From: Eledone cirrhosa
Lineage: Eukaryota
Direction of reading: 5' to 3'
Assembly (NCBI GenBank): GCA_964016885.1
Contig: OZ024743.1
Location: 374,976,001-375,040,000, forward strand
DNA length: 64,000 nt
Position 1 is the stretch's first letter; every line of letters begins with the position of its first letter. This document shows, in pieces, positions 41,005-54,127 of this stretch. A program made the translations under genes and the position numbers. The notes under the pieces were generated by a model. The model was not told the origin of the DNA. It searched no databases and was given only the letters and a program-made list of their open reading frames with translations.

Positions 41005-41293
41005 TAAATATATATATATATATATATTAGTTGTTTGTAGGGGAAAATAATATTAAAAGTAGTGCCGGACAAATGATAGAATAAACGAAAGCGGTATGGA
41101 AGAATATTATATGGATATTTAATGAAATCCATAAAGAAGGAGGGATAAAAGTTTCAGTATTTCCGTTATTAGAAACTAGGCTTATTTATCTTAGTCATTG
41201 TATTTCGTTTATTCATGAAAAAGTGTTCGCTATTTCAGTGTACTAGTGGTAGAGATATATTTTGATTTTCTTCTACTTACTAAAGGTGATATT

Positions 41294-41538
41294 CAAGGGC
41301 GGTGGAAGCATTTCTGAATTGGGGCGGGGTGGGGGCAAATTTGAACAATTTATTGTAGTGATTGGTTTAGCTCTTTGTATTCTAAAATGTTAAAAAAACT
41401 TCGATATGCGATGAACATAACATGTACATAAATTGTAGCGCATATCCAAACAGATGTGTGTTATGATAGTTAGGGGAGAAAATATAATTATTGGAGGGGT
41501 GGGTATGCCCCCCCCCCCCCTCGGTTCCACCGCCACTG
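41294..41538. mobile_element. Short MITE with hAT-like TIRs
   Basis: CAAGGGCGGTGGAAGC / GGTTCCACCGCCACTG imperfect TIRs. No clear target-site duplication. Confidence 0.5.
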
Positions 41539-41718
41539 TATATACTCTTTTACTCTTTTACCTGTTTCAGCCATCCGGCTGAGGCCATGCTGGGGCACCG
41601 CCCTTGATATATATATAATTTTTTAAAAATTATGCTCTTTGCCCTTTCCTAAAGGGTTAATATATCGACCTTCTTCGCATTTGGTAAGAAACTGATATTA
41701 TACCCAATTTAGTCATCT

Positions 41719-41761
<43 letters not shown>

Positions 41762-41844
41762 GAGTTAAATGAGATTCAATGATTATATCAGAGAATGAGT
41801 TTTACAGTAGATTGGAAGCACTCCACGGAAATAAATGAGGCGAC

Positions 41845-42503
41845 GAATTATCAGAATTATCAGTGTCGTTAGACGATCAGATAGAATCATTTGTGGTACT
41901 CCTTCCAGCTCTCTCTATATATACTCTCTGAGTTCAAATCCCACCAAGGTCAATTTTGCCATTCGTGCTTTCGAGAGCAATAAAAGAAAAGTATCAGTGA
42001 AGTACTGGGGTCGATCCTACCTCTCTATCTCTTTTTCAGTTTTTCTCTATCACTCTCTCTATCACTCTCTCCTTCTCTGTAAGAAATTAACTTTGTTGAG
42101 ATCTGGAGAGAGGAGGTCTCTGCCAGGTTTAAAATGCTCAAGAATCAGCCCTACCAATACACTAGATGTTGCAGATATATAAATACATAGTCATAAATAA
42201 AATAGCAAGATCAGTGTATCGATAAAATCTTACCAGGCAAAATTTCATCGATAAAAGTCGATAAAATTAAGTAACAGTAATGTATTGGGGTTGATTTAAT
42301 CGAATTTCCTCTCCCCAACTGTTGGCTTTGTGCCTAAATCAGAAACCGTCGGACGCCATGCTTTCCAGCATAGTTACGTCCCTTTACGATCTGAGTTCAA
42401 ATCCCGCTGAGGTTCACTTTGCCTTTCATCCTTACGGGGGTCGATAAAATAAAGTACCAGTAATGTACTGTGTATTGGCTGGCCTTGTGCCTAAAGTAGA
42501 AAC

Positions 42504-42510
<7 letters not shown>
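41845..42510 (+). mobile_element. Two or three S1 SINE copies
   Basis: Cores at about 41930-42015, 42255-42345 and 42390-42505. Confidence 0.8.
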
Positions 42511-42544
<34 letters not shown>

Positions 42545-42660
42545 GAGAGAAAGAGAGAGACGGAGGAGCAATATGGCAGCATGCTACTTCGTCTCTCTTT
42601 CAGTCAAAAACATAAACATAACTTTTTCCTATCTGTTTTTTCTTTGCCTGCTTCCTTAAA

Positions 42661-42718
42661 GTGACCTGCTGAGGTGACCTGCTGAGGTGACCTGCTGAGG
42701 TGACCTGCTGAGGTGACC
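42661..42718. repeat. 13-bp tandem repeat GTGACCTGCTGAG, about 4.5 copies
   Basis: Direct reading. Confidence 0.95.
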
Positions 42719-42955
42719 GGGTTCTTACGCAATCTGGCCGCCACTGAAATATGCATATTGTTTGCAGAAATAAAAAATTAAGGAAATTCAACATATTTGG
42801 CCTCCTGTCACTTCACTCAATAATACATTTACTCCGTTCCCACCAACATGATGGATGGGTTGCATAACGTCAAGTGCTTTTCGCATATTAATTACGTCAC
42901 GGTTAACATTGCATAATGGCCAATTCTACCCAGTGGTAAACCAACAAATCTAAAC

Positions 42956-43011
<56 letters not shown>

Positions 43012-43014
<3 letters not shown>

Positions 43015-45345
43015 AAGAGTTGTTTCTGTTTATTGCCACCAGGGCGCAAAAGAAGGGGAAATTACAAAGAGGGGAGTTTACACAAAAGAACGAGTAAAAA
43101 CAAACAAATAACAAATATAAAATTAACAATAAAGTCCTCAATAGGGAGGAGGTGTTTTGGGGGGTCGCACACACCCCCGAAAAAGTGTGCAACCCTTCTC
43201 CTCAGGAGCACAGAGAGAGGGTGCTCCCTTGTTCTTCAATCTTTTTCACCTACAGGCTGATATAGAGAGAAGGCCCATTCACAGAGGCCATTCTCGCCAC
43301 TTTCACCCACCTTTCATAAAACTGGCTGGGGTGGAACACCTCTCTCTCCATCCTGATCCTTCTTCCGAAATGATATCGGAAGAAAAGGACCTGTTGTTGG
43401 CTAGAGAGAAAGGTGTCTGACCTCACTCCTTTCAGACGCGTCCACCATACAATCTCTTTCACCATGGCTATTACGCACAGAAACACCGCCTCTCCTTCAT
43501 TTTTGAAGGGGGGAGGCGGCTTGATTGTTATAATGGACTCGGGGGTCAACCGGATAGGTCCCACCCGTGACAGCAGTTGTTCGACATAGCCCCACAGATC
43601 GGCGACACCCGGGCAGTGTACCAATGCATGCGCGACGGTTTCCTCGTCTCGCACGCATCTGGGACACATCTTTATCGAGGGGTCCCTACCCGGGCGCCCG
43701 TGTCTGTAGAGCTTGTCTTGAATGGGCAGAGCCCCTCGGTAGCACTACCAGGCCAGGGACCTCTGGAAGTTGTCCATGGGTGCCGGGCTAAATGTCCTAA
43801 GGAACAGGCTGGCCAGTTCGTCTTCCTCCATGCCTAGGGCTTCTCCGAGGGCGTCGTCGCACCTGCTGCGTACCAGCCCTCTATAGAATGTCGAGGTGGA
43901 GTCTCCATTGACAGCCGGGTCCGCCTACCAGAGAGCCGTGAGCGCCTGGGCACACTCGGTGTGCCAGGCGCCCAGTTTTCTCGGTCTTTGCTTGACCCAG
44001 GATTGCAGATCGGTGAGTGAGACGAGTCTGGGAAAGGTTCGTCTCACAAACGGGGCCCACACCGGTTGACCGGTGAGGAATACCTGGAGGTGTCGTAGCC
44101 TTAATGCGTGTTTACGCATCAGCAGCCACGGCATCCCCAGCCCTCCTTTCCAAGGGTGTTGGCAGCAAATGGATCTCCTCACCAAAGTGGCCCGCTTCTT
44201 CCAAAGGAATTGGAAGAGTGCTCGCTCCATTTTGGTGAGCGTTTCTCTTGGGCAAGGTACGACTGTTAGGCAGTAGTAGATGTCGACACCATTACTGTTA
44301 CGTCATCGGCGTAGGCCGACACCGCTTTCCGCAATCCCAGTTCAAAAGGGATGCACTGCAACAACTCCAACTTCCGCAGCAGTGGTTCGATGGCCAATAC
44401 AGAAGGGAGGAGAGAGGGCACTCTTGTCGGATGGACCGCGTGATTTCGAACGGCCCCGATAGGTAGCCGTTCACCTTGACTCTAGAGCAGATGCGGCTGC
44501 TGTGCATAGCAGTGATCCAGCCCCTGAAAATGGGTCCGAAACCTGCCGCCTCTAGCACCGCATCCAGGTAACCATGGTCGACCCTATCGAACGCCTTAGA
44601 TTGATCCAAGTTGATCAGGGCCCCAGCAAAGCCGGGTTCGTACCCAACCCTCTCTATAATATATCGTATAAGGTGGAGGTTGTCGTGGATGGACCTGGAC
44701 GGGATAGCACATGTCTGCGATTCTCCCACCAGGTTGCCCACGACAAGCGCCAACCTCTTTGCTAACTCCTTGGCCAAAATCTGCATTTAGCAGTGTTATG
44801 GGCCTAAAATTACTTATTTCGTCCCCCTTGTTCTCGTCCTTCCTCACTAGCGAGACTACGCCCTTGGTCACAGAACAGGAAATTCTCCCGTTCTGTTGCC
44901 AGTTGCAGTAGACCACCTCGAGGAGATCGGGGAACAAGTCCGACATAGCTAGATATAGTTCGTATGGAAGACCATCGAGACCCGGGGATTTGCGTTTGCC
45001 TCATCGGCTCAGCACGTCCCCTATCTCAGCAGCCGAAATCGGCCCCTCGTAGGACTTGCCTCCTCGTCCGAAAGACGCGGCAGGCCGTCGAGGTATGGAC
45101 CGAAGTCCACATCCCCATCCGGCTCCCCGCCTTCCCGAACAATCGGGTAAAGTGCCTTTGAAAGGCCTCACATATCTGCTTAGGTTCAAAAATCACCCGT
45201 CCATCCTGGTCTCGCAAAGACCGGATAGTGGATCTAATCCCTCTTTTGGCTTCTGTCACGTGGGCGCAGCTAACAGCTTTGGTCCCCTCGTTTCCTAGAG
45301 CACGTATTTTGCTTCGGACAACGCAGCCTTTGTGCTTCGCGTCAA
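43012..45345 (-). mobile_element. 5'-truncated Tx1/L1-clade LINE copy with an internal deletion
   Basis: Homologous to 30640-33265 (LDQSKAFDRVDH, CPRCVRDEETVAHALVHC). Sequence between YADDVTVMVS and IYY.LTVV is lost at about 44282. The 3' end abuts (TA)n. Confidence 0.93.
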
Positions 45346-45684
45346 GAATGACATGGTCGGCTGTACAAAAAGGGTTTTATTCACAGTATTAACAATTGTT
45401 TCATTGATCAGGTGAGTCTAAAGACCGCTAATCACTCGAAATTGCGTCACTCGACCTTAAATACAGTGTATGTCTCTGATCAAATCATGGGAGGGTGTAA
45501 CACATGGCATTGGTATTTATAGATACATCGGAGAATCAAAACAATAACATCAATAATAAAAGATAATAAACAATAATAAAAGTGTAAAAATGAAAATGAT
45601 AAAGATGTAAAAAATAAGTAAAAAATTAGTACAAAATCTGGTTACTGATAATAGTAGTAATGGTGGTGACAATTGAAGTTATGA

Positions 45685-45860
45685 TGGTTTCTACTTTAGG
45701 CACAAGGCCAGCAATTACCAAGTACATTACTGGTACTTTATTTTATCGACCCCGTAAGGATGAAAGGCAAAGTTAACCTCGGCGGGATTTGAACTCAGAA
45801 TGTAAAGGGACGTAACTATGCTAGAAAGTATGGCGTCCAACCCTCTACCGATACTGCCAG
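45685..45860 (-). mobile_element. S1 SINE
   Basis: Reverse-complement copy of the 3560-3750 type. Confidence 0.85.
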
Positions 45861-46339
45861 GTGAGTAAGTGGATGTGTAAAATAGTGATGACAGTAATGA
45901 TAACAATAACATGAAAAGAAATACGAAATATATATGTAGTTTATAGAGTTTATAGATTGGTGAAATAAAAATGCAAGAGGTACAATAAAATATCAGAGGA
46001 TTAAATAAAAAATAAAAAGTAAGAGAGAAAGAGATAAGGTATATGAGACAGAGAATGACAATAAGGATTCGAGGATGAGACATAAAGGGTAGGTCGGGAA
46101 AGCAGTAGATAGACAGATAGAGAATAAAAAGTGAAAGGGGCAGTGATGATATATGGGTGATTAAAGTCTGGTAGACCGATTGTTTTATCTTAATGGAGGT
46201 GATGCGGCTATAGAAAGGTTGGGAGATTCATGATGTTGATTTAATGATCAGTTGACAGCTAATAACAGTGTGGTGGTGTGGAGCTAGTACATTAAAATCC
46301 AGGTAGTTTCGACTGAATTGCTAGATTGCTGGATCGAAA

Positions 46340-47150
46340 CATGCCGGTTGTGGTTTGAAGTTAGAGAACTTGGTGGCTTCTTTCTGCCTACAGAAGATTG
46401 TTCGCTCTATCTTGTTGTTAAGCAGCATTTTATCATACTTTAAAATATGGAGCAGCTCCATATTGCATAGTCCGCAGTGGGACATTCTATTTCTGTAGGC
46501 CCTTGCACTCGATAACTTCGACCAACTAATCTCGTATTCCTTCGACCAACTAATCTTGATGTCCTTAAGCTGCCAGATCTTATTGGCCAGCGTCGTTGTA
46601 TTCGCAAGTCTACGGTTTTTTTATAGAATGCCTATGCACATACCATCTTTTTTTTTAATCGCCAGCTGTAGAACCTATGTAGTGCCATGTTAGGTTGCCA
46701 GATTTGATAGTACACAGGTACACTATACTTGATTCTAGGCATCTATTCTATAGTGGGCATTTATTCGGTAGATGGCAGTTACACTTGGAGGCCTTCCTGT
46801 GTGCATGTTCTTCGTTGCGGTTCTGTATGATGTTAGGGATGGGCTGAGATTTAGGTTTATTGGTGTTTTGTTGCGATGTGCCCTGACGTGTGGGTGTTTG
46901 TGATGTTGTTATATGTTTGCGTTTCGTATTTGGTGGTATGGAGTATGTTGGTAGATTACTTTCCTTGGAGATTCTTTTATAGTTGATTTTATGTATGTGT
47001 GATTCTATGTTGGCTGCAGTAGAGTAAGAGAGTTTGATAGTTTTTCTGTGAAAGATTCTATGGTATCTGTGTAGTTTAGGGAAGTGTTTGTCAGTTTAAA
47101 GAATGTATAAGGCAGGGTGGTTTTTATAGAAGAGTTGAAGATTGGAAATA
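46340..47150 (-). pseudogene. Penelope-like ORF remnant (RT thumb/linker plus GIY-YIG endonuclease)
   Basis: Hand translation with frameshifts and stops: DKHFPKLHRYHRIFHRKTIKLSYSTAANI...CNCHLPNKCPL*NRCLESSIVYLC...HYIGSTAG..KKRWYVHRHS...TTLANKIWQLKD. Confidence 0.85.
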
Positions 47151-47173
47151 AATAAATATATAGAAATATATAG

Positions 47174-47235
<62 letters not shown>

Positions 47236-47404
47236 CTGGCTATCTGCATGTCTCATATAAAATAATACAACTGGCTATCTGCAAAATACGCATAGTTAGC
47301 ACCCCAAACGTATAATTGGGATTATACTAAGGTATATCCTAATGTTTGTTAAGTGAGACGGAAGTCGGTCGGAGTATTGCTTAAAGCTTTCTCTGTTAAT
47401 GTAT

Positions 47405-47445
<41 letters not shown>

Positions 47446-47459
47446 ATAAAAGTTACGGG

Positions 47460-47571
47460 CGAAAGAGGGGAATATCCATTGTCAGTTGTCTGCTAGGAAT
47501 CATGGGTATTTCTTCGCATTAGAGACAAGATACCTCAGCCTAGGGCGAACAATAACTAAAATAAGTTATTG
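47460..47571 (-). ncRNA. Permuted, pseudoknotted hammerhead-like motif, copy 2 (core CTGACAA)
   Basis: Reverse complement: TTCGC-C-CTAGG-CTG-AGGTAT-C-TTGTCT-CTAAT-GCGAA-GAA-ATACCC-ATGATT-CCTAG-C-AGACAA-CTGACAA. Confidence 0.55.
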
Positions 47572-48040
47572 GGATAAAGGGGGGGGGGGGCATGTAAACA
47601 GTCACGAAGGGTGAAGCAACGTAAAGTGAGGAAAAATAGGAAAAATATCAAGTCAACAACTCATTTCGAACGTAAGAACTGGCGAGTTTGACGAGAGAAA
47701 AAAGACACGTCTTAGCTGTAGCAGTGTTAGCGAGAGAAGAGACTGCTTACAGTGGCGGACGAGGGAGGAAGTGAGCTAGCGGAGAGAGGGTCACTAGCAG
47801 AGAGGGAGTGAGTGAAAGTAAGAGGAAGCGAGAAAGAGATAGTTATAATGGCAGGCTAGCCGAAAGGTGACTAGCAGAGGGGGTGAGCGAGAGTAAGATG
47901 GAGAAGGAGAGAGAAGGGGGAGAGAGAGGATAGCAACAATGGGAGAGAAAAGAGACGGGTCACAGCTGAGAAGGAAGCTTATATGAATAAAATGGCGAGC
48001 TGTGTGGTTGCAGGTAAGTATAATGAAATATAAAAGTTAC

Positions 48041-48153
48041 GGGCGAAAGAGGGGAATATCCATCGTCAGTTGTCTGCTAGAAATCAGGTATTTCTTCGCG
48101 TTAGAGACAAGATACCTCAGCCTAGGGCGAACAATGACTAAAATAAGTTATTG
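48041..48153 (-). ncRNA. Permuted, pseudoknotted hammerhead-like motif, copy 3 (core CTGACGA)
   Basis: Reverse complement: TTCGC-C-CTAGG-CTG-AGGTAT-C-TTGTCT-CTAAC-GCGAA-GAA-ATACCT-GATT-TCTAG-C-AGACAA-CTGACGA. Confidence 0.6.
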
Positions 48154-48289
48154 GGATAAAAAGAAGGGGAGGGGGGGAGAAAAATATGTAAACAGACACG
48201 AAGGGTGAAGCAATATATATTTATTTATCTATTTATATAAGCGTGCGTGTGTGTACAAAATGGTGTCCTAGTATTTATACGTTATTTTT

Positions 48290-50558
48290 ATAATTGTTGT
48301 TGCAGTAGTTATTGGAGTTATAATTGTTGTTGTTGCCGTTGTTGCTGCTGTTGCTGCTGTTGTTGTTGCTGTTGTAGTTGCTGTTGTGCTGTTATTGCTG
48401 CTGTTGCTGTTGTTTTTGTTGTCGTTGTTGTTACTGTTGTTGTTGCTGTTATTGCTGCTGTTGCTGTTGTTGCTGCTGTTGCTGCTGTTGTTATTGCTGC
48501 AGATACTGCAGCAGCTGCTGTTGTTGCTGTTGTTGTTGCTGTTATTGCTGCTGTTGCCGCTGTTGTTGCTGTTGTTGCTGCAGGTGCTGCAGTAGCTGCT
48601 GCTGTTGCTGCTGTTTCCGTATCTATCTTATGGAACCTATTGTTGCTGAGACTAACTCTGCAGGTTCTACCAGTTTTTGATGTTTATTTTTTTATTCTGA
48701 GATGGGAGATGCAGTGGGGTCTAAATATTTTGGGCCCCTTGATGTTGTTGCTATTGTTGGTGGCACTGGTGGTGGTGGTTGTGGTGGTTGTGGTGTTGGC
48801 ACTGGTGGTGGGGGTTGTGTTGGTGGTTGTGGTGGTGGTGGTGGTTGTGGTGGTGGTGGTGATTGTGGTGGTTGTGGTGGTGGTACTGGTGGTGGTGGTT
48901 GTGGTGATTGTGGTGGTTGTGATGGTGGCACTGGTGGTGGGGGGTGTGTTGGTGGTTGTGGTGGTGGTGGTACTGGTGGTGGTGGTGGTGGTGGTTGTGG
49001 TGGTGGTGGTGATTGTGGTGGTTGTGGTGGTGGTACTGGTGGTGGTGGTTGTGGTGATTGTGGTGGTTGTGGTGTTGGCACTGGTGGTGGGGGTTGTGTT
49101 GGTGGTTGTGGTGGTGGTGGTACTGGTGGTGGTGGTGGTGGTTGTGGTGATTGTGGTGGTTGTGGTGGTGGCACTGGTGGTGGGGTTGTGTTGGTGGTTG
49201 TGGTGGTGGTGGTGGTGGTGGTACTGGTGGTGGTGGTTGTGGTAATTGTGGTGGTTGTGGTGGTGGCACTGGTGGTGGGGTTGTGTTGGTGGTTGTGGTG
49301 CTGGTGGTGGTGGTGGTACTGGTGGTGGTGGTGGTGGTTGTGGTGATTGTGGTGGTTGTGGTGGTGGCACTGGTGGTGGGGTTGTGTTGGTGGTTGTGGT
49401 GGTGGTGGTGGTGGTGGTACTGGTGGTGGTGGTGGTTGTTGTAATTGTGGTGGTTGTGGTGTTGGCACTGGTGGTGGGGGTTGTGGTGGTGGTGGTGGTA
49501 CTGGTGGTGGTGGTGGTGGTTGTGGTGATTGTGGTGGTTGTGGTGGTGGGGGTTGTGTTGGTGGTTGTGGTGGTGGTGGTGGTGGTGGTGGTGGTACTGG
49601 TGGTGGTGGTGGTTGTCGTGGTTGTGCTGGTGGTGGTGGTTCTGGTGGTTGTGGTGTTTGTGGTGGTGGGTGGGGGTTGGGGGGCTGGTGGTACTGGTGG
49701 TGGTGGTTGTGGTGGTGGTGGTGGTGGTACTGGCGGTGGTGGTTGTGGTGGTTGCGGTGGTGGTGGTGGTGGTGGTGGTGGTGGTGCAGGTGGAGGTGGC
49801 GGCGGTTGTGGTGGAGGTAGAGGTGGTGGTGGTGGAGGTGGCGGCGGTGGTGGAGGTAGAGGTGGTGGTGGTGGAGGTAGAGGTGATGGTGGTGGCGGTG
49901 TAAGTGGTGATAGAGGTGGTGGAGGTGGTGTTGAAGGTCGAGGTGGTGGAAGTGCAGTTGGAAGTGGAGATGATGGTGGTGGTAGAGGTGGTGCTGGACG
50001 TGGAGGCAGTGGTATAGGTAGAGGTGGTGGTGGCGGTGTAAGTGGTGATAGAGGTGGAGGTGGTGGAAGTAGAGATGACGGCGGTGGTGGTGTAGGTGAC
50101 GGTGGTGTTGATAGGCTTACCTTTCATCTTTCTATACAGGTATTGCTGCTGTTATAGATATTACAATCACTGATGCAGTTTCTACACCTTATTATCAATA
50201 ATAATAAATAAATTATTTCAAAGCTTCTTTTTTTTTGCTGTTTTTTTTTCTCTTCATAACAGCCTACTGTTGCTGCTGTTGTTGTTGCTGTTGTTGTTGC
50301 TGTTGTTGTTGGTGCTGTTGTTGTTGTTGCTGTTGTTATTGCTGTTGTTGGTCTACTGCCAATTTTTACTATTATTTTTGTTATCATTGTTGTTATTGCT
50401 GTTATTATGGGTGATTATATTATTGCCCTCATTTTTTACCATAGTACACTGTTGTTGTTGTTGTTGTAACATTATTATTACATTAGTGTTGTTGTTATTA
50501 TTGATGTTGTTGTTACTATTGCTGTTGTTGTTACTATTTCTGTTGTTGTTGTTGTTGC

Positions 50559-50592
<34 letters not shown>

Positions 50593-51090
50593 ATTGTTGT
50601 TGTTACTATTCCTGTTGTGATTGATAGCACTGCTGTTGTTGTTACAGTTGTTGTTAATACTATAGTTGTTGTTGTTGTTGTTGTTGATACTATTCTTGCT
50701 GTTGTTGTTGTTGTTCTACTCCCTTTGCCCTCGTTTCAACATCATTTTTTGGAGGGGGGTTGTTTTTGTTTTTGTTAATTTGGTGGTGGTGGTGGTGGTG
50801 GCGGTGGTGGTGGTGGTGGTGGTGGCGGTGGCGGTGGTGGTGGTGGTGGCGATGGTGGTGGTGGTGGCGGCGGTGGTGGTGGTGGTGGTGGTAATCATGA
50901 AGATTAATGTGATGATTTCGGGGACGTTTATGATAATAATGGTGATAATGATAATGAGGTTGTTAGTTTCAATACTGCTGTTTTTGTTGTTGTTATTATT
51001 GATAATGTTTTTAGTGGTAATAGTAGAGGTTGTTGGGGGTGGGGGTAGTGCGGTACTTACTTTTTATTGATATTGTTATTGTTGTTGTAA
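48290..51090. repeat. Compound (GTT/GCT)n and (GGT)n low-complexity region with higher-order units
   Basis: GCT/GTT tract 48290-48615, GGT array 48755-50110 and GTT/GGT tract 50268-51090. Confidence 0.92.
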
Positions 51091-51214
51091 TTAGGGTCTG
51101 GCTTAATATAGAATAAAACCCGTTCTTTTCCTCCCTCCATGGAACCAATCAGGAAGGACCTAAACGAAAGACACGTGATCAAAATTAGATCGGCAGTTTA
51201 AGCCGTTTTAATAA

Positions 51215-51432
51215 CGGTTTCTAATTTAGGCACACAGCCAACAATTTTAGGGGAGGGAAAAGTCGATTAAATCGACCCCAGTGCATTACTGCTACTTTAT
51301 TTTATCGACCCCGTAAGGATGAACGGCAAAGATAATCTCGGCGGGATTTGAACTCAGAACGCAAAGGGCCGTAACTCTATGCTACAAAGCATGTTGTCCG
51401 ACGCTCTACCGATTCTACCAATCCACGGCCCT
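51215..51432 (-). mobile_element. S1 SINE, full length
   Basis: Reverse complement of the 6850-7070 type. Confidence 0.85.
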
Positions 51433-51932
51433 AAGCTGTTTTAATAACAAACAGCAGTGGGGTTCGATGGTAATTTTTCGCATCAAACCACATACCCAGC
51501 TACCTTTATTGATTCAAAATAACAGAGACATGTGATATTTTTACTGGGATGGTGCATTTTTAGTTATGCTTTTCGTGTATTTAACATTGATTTTTATTTT
51601 AGTTCTTTTTCTGTTTTTGTTGCTGTTTTGGCTTAAGGGTGGTTGGGTTTTGTGGGTAGGGTTATGTTTTTTTCTTTTGTCTTTGTTTTCTTTCCATCTT
51701 CGTTGAAGGGTGCTTTTGATTTAGGCTGAAAATCTAATTAACTATTTGGACCGGATAAACAAAACTGAAATCATTTCGTCCATATTTAGTCAGTTAGTCA
51801 GTATATATTTATATTTTTGTTATCAAAGTATGCCTGGCTGTTTCTAATATTCCTATTATTATAATAATAATTATCATGGTTAGCGTTGTTGTTACTATAT
51901 ATATATATATATACAGTATATACATATATACA

Positions 51933-51989
<57 letters not shown>

Positions 51990-53421
51990 TAGGAAGATTG
52001 ACAAAGAGAAAACAAAATAGCGAACGAAAACAAAGCAAAACAAAAAAAACAATTTTTTGAAGGAGAAGCCTTCAAATTTATTTTTTTAGATAAAAATACA
52101 AACGAAAGACACGGAGCTCCAGAGTCTTCAGATGGACTTCGGCAGTTTCGACCCCTACCAACGATACTGCTGGTCCAACCGGGGTCACGGTGACTGACAT
52201 AAGCCAAAGAACTCTCCAAGGTGTAAGAGACAAAACAAAACAATCATTTATAGCAATTAAGCTATAATATGTACATAGAATTTTATGTGGCGTCAGGGAG
52301 AAGGTATCGTATTTTATTAGCAGGAGCGTCTCATGAAACAAAAAGAAAAGGAAAGGTAGAAAAGAAGAAGGTAAAACGGCAAGAAGAAAGTAAAATATTG
52401 TGTTAAATGTAAATCATTGAGTTTATTGTAGAAGAAAAACACATAGATGACAGATTAGTAATAATAAAATTAGGAAAATGCACAAAAAGAAGACAAGACA
52501 CACACACATATATGTGCATATATATGTGCGTGTGTGTATGTATATATGTTTATGCATATATATTTATATACATAAACATGTATATATACATTATATACAT
52601 AAACATGTATATAAACACATATTTATATACACATATTTATATACATATTTCTGTATACACACACACATATATATATATTTGTCTGTGTATATGTGTGTAT
52701 GAATATATATATGAATGTTCGTGTATTTGTATATACCCAACACACGCTCATACATACCCACATATAATTATATATAAATACATATTCCTCCACACACACA
52801 TTTATGTATGCATGTGTGTGTGTGTGTGCGTACTTACATAAAGATATTGGCTTATCAGTTTATACAAATGTATATATAGACTAATTAACATGTTCGCAGT
52901 TTTTTTCTTCTCTATATAGATTACTTATCTATAATAACTTCAAGGCGTTATGTAGTACATACTTTGATTTTAATGTATAGTTATATGTATATATTCATAC
53001 TTACATGGTGGCTGCCAACTCGTTTTCGAGTACGGCCACTACTTTATATCCATGTAGGAGAACCCCTACCGATGCGCTGAACGAATGTGACTTTTTAGTC
53101 CAGCCAATGACTTGAAAACTCTGGTACAAACACTACACCTGTGACAATTACTGACACATAGTGCTGGGCCCATGGTTCCATGTGACGACAAGTGCAGAGA
53201 GATCTCCAGATATAAAGTAATGCCTGTGCCGTGAAGCTTTTATGGTGAGCAAAGGCACTGCACAAAGCCAGTCCCACTCTCTTAACCAAGATGATATTTA
53301 CCAAAAAGAAGAACAAGTCAACATCATTGGATACCATCAGGGTTGCAGGTGTTATATCAGAGTTTTCCTTCTCCTAGAATTCTGCCTTGACAAAGACTAA
53401 GGGGTCATCTCTCCCGGATAC

Positions 53422-53469
<48 letters not shown>

Positions 53470-53622
53470 GTATTTATATATATATATACATTTATAAATG
53501 AATCTATACATACATATATATATTCGTGTTTGTGTATATATATATATTATATATATATAAATATATATAAATATATATATATATATGAATGAATACGCAT
53601 ATATATATACATATATATTTGC

Positions 53623-53671
<49 letters not shown>

Positions 53672-53722
53672 AACGAATAAAAATGGCGTAGACATTACAA
53701 TACAATAGGGGGAAACATAATA

Positions 53723-53768
53723 GTACCACTGATGATGTTGCAGATGTGCGACGAAAGAACTTTGATAG
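53723..53768 (+). ncRNA. Hammerhead motif with intact core and decayed stems I and III
   Basis: TACCA-CTGATGA-T-GTTGCA-GATG-TGCGAC-GAAA-GAAC-TT-TGATA. Confidence 0.55.
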
Positions 53769-54127
53769 ACTATATATTTATATCTGTATTTTTAACCGCT
53801 GGTCAATCAATGATAAAGATTGATTGCCAAATAAATTAACTATGGAGATATATAAGATACAGAAGCGAAAACCAACCAAACAGTGAGCCGTGAGTGTGTT
53901 CTGTTTTATTTCTGGCAATATTACAACAATATGACCCTCCTCAGTATAACAATATTTGTTTCGACACACGATCTCATCTCAAAACCTTGCAAAACTAATT
54001 CATATATATATATATATATTTATATTAGAAATGTAAGCTATCGCCGTATTTTGACTAAAGAAATTAAAGAAATTATTTAGCCTGATAGTGGGGTTAAGAA
54101 CCCTCGGAGAAATGGAAAAAGATGAGT

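Larger units (their letters stand above)
47440..48215 (-). mobile_element. Family-A unit with about 180-bp direct terminal repeats
   Basis: 47445-47620 closely matches 48030-48212. The spacer is non-coding and AG-rich. Confidence 0.8.

Noticed and set aside
45400-45455. TTGATCA-G-GTGA...TCAC-TC-GAAATTGCGTC as a hammerhead
   Set aside because: Two core mismatches and no convincing stem I or III.
48247-50157. Poly-V, -T, -G, -H and -P ORFs resembling mucin or extensin
   Set aside because: They are open in several frames on both strands, as expected for a triplet low-complexity repeat.
53930-53985. Minus-strand GAAACAAATATTGTT-ATA-CTGAGGA as a type II hammerhead
   Set aside because: No stem I can form and the upstream core is degenerate. 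It is possibly decayed tandem motifs.
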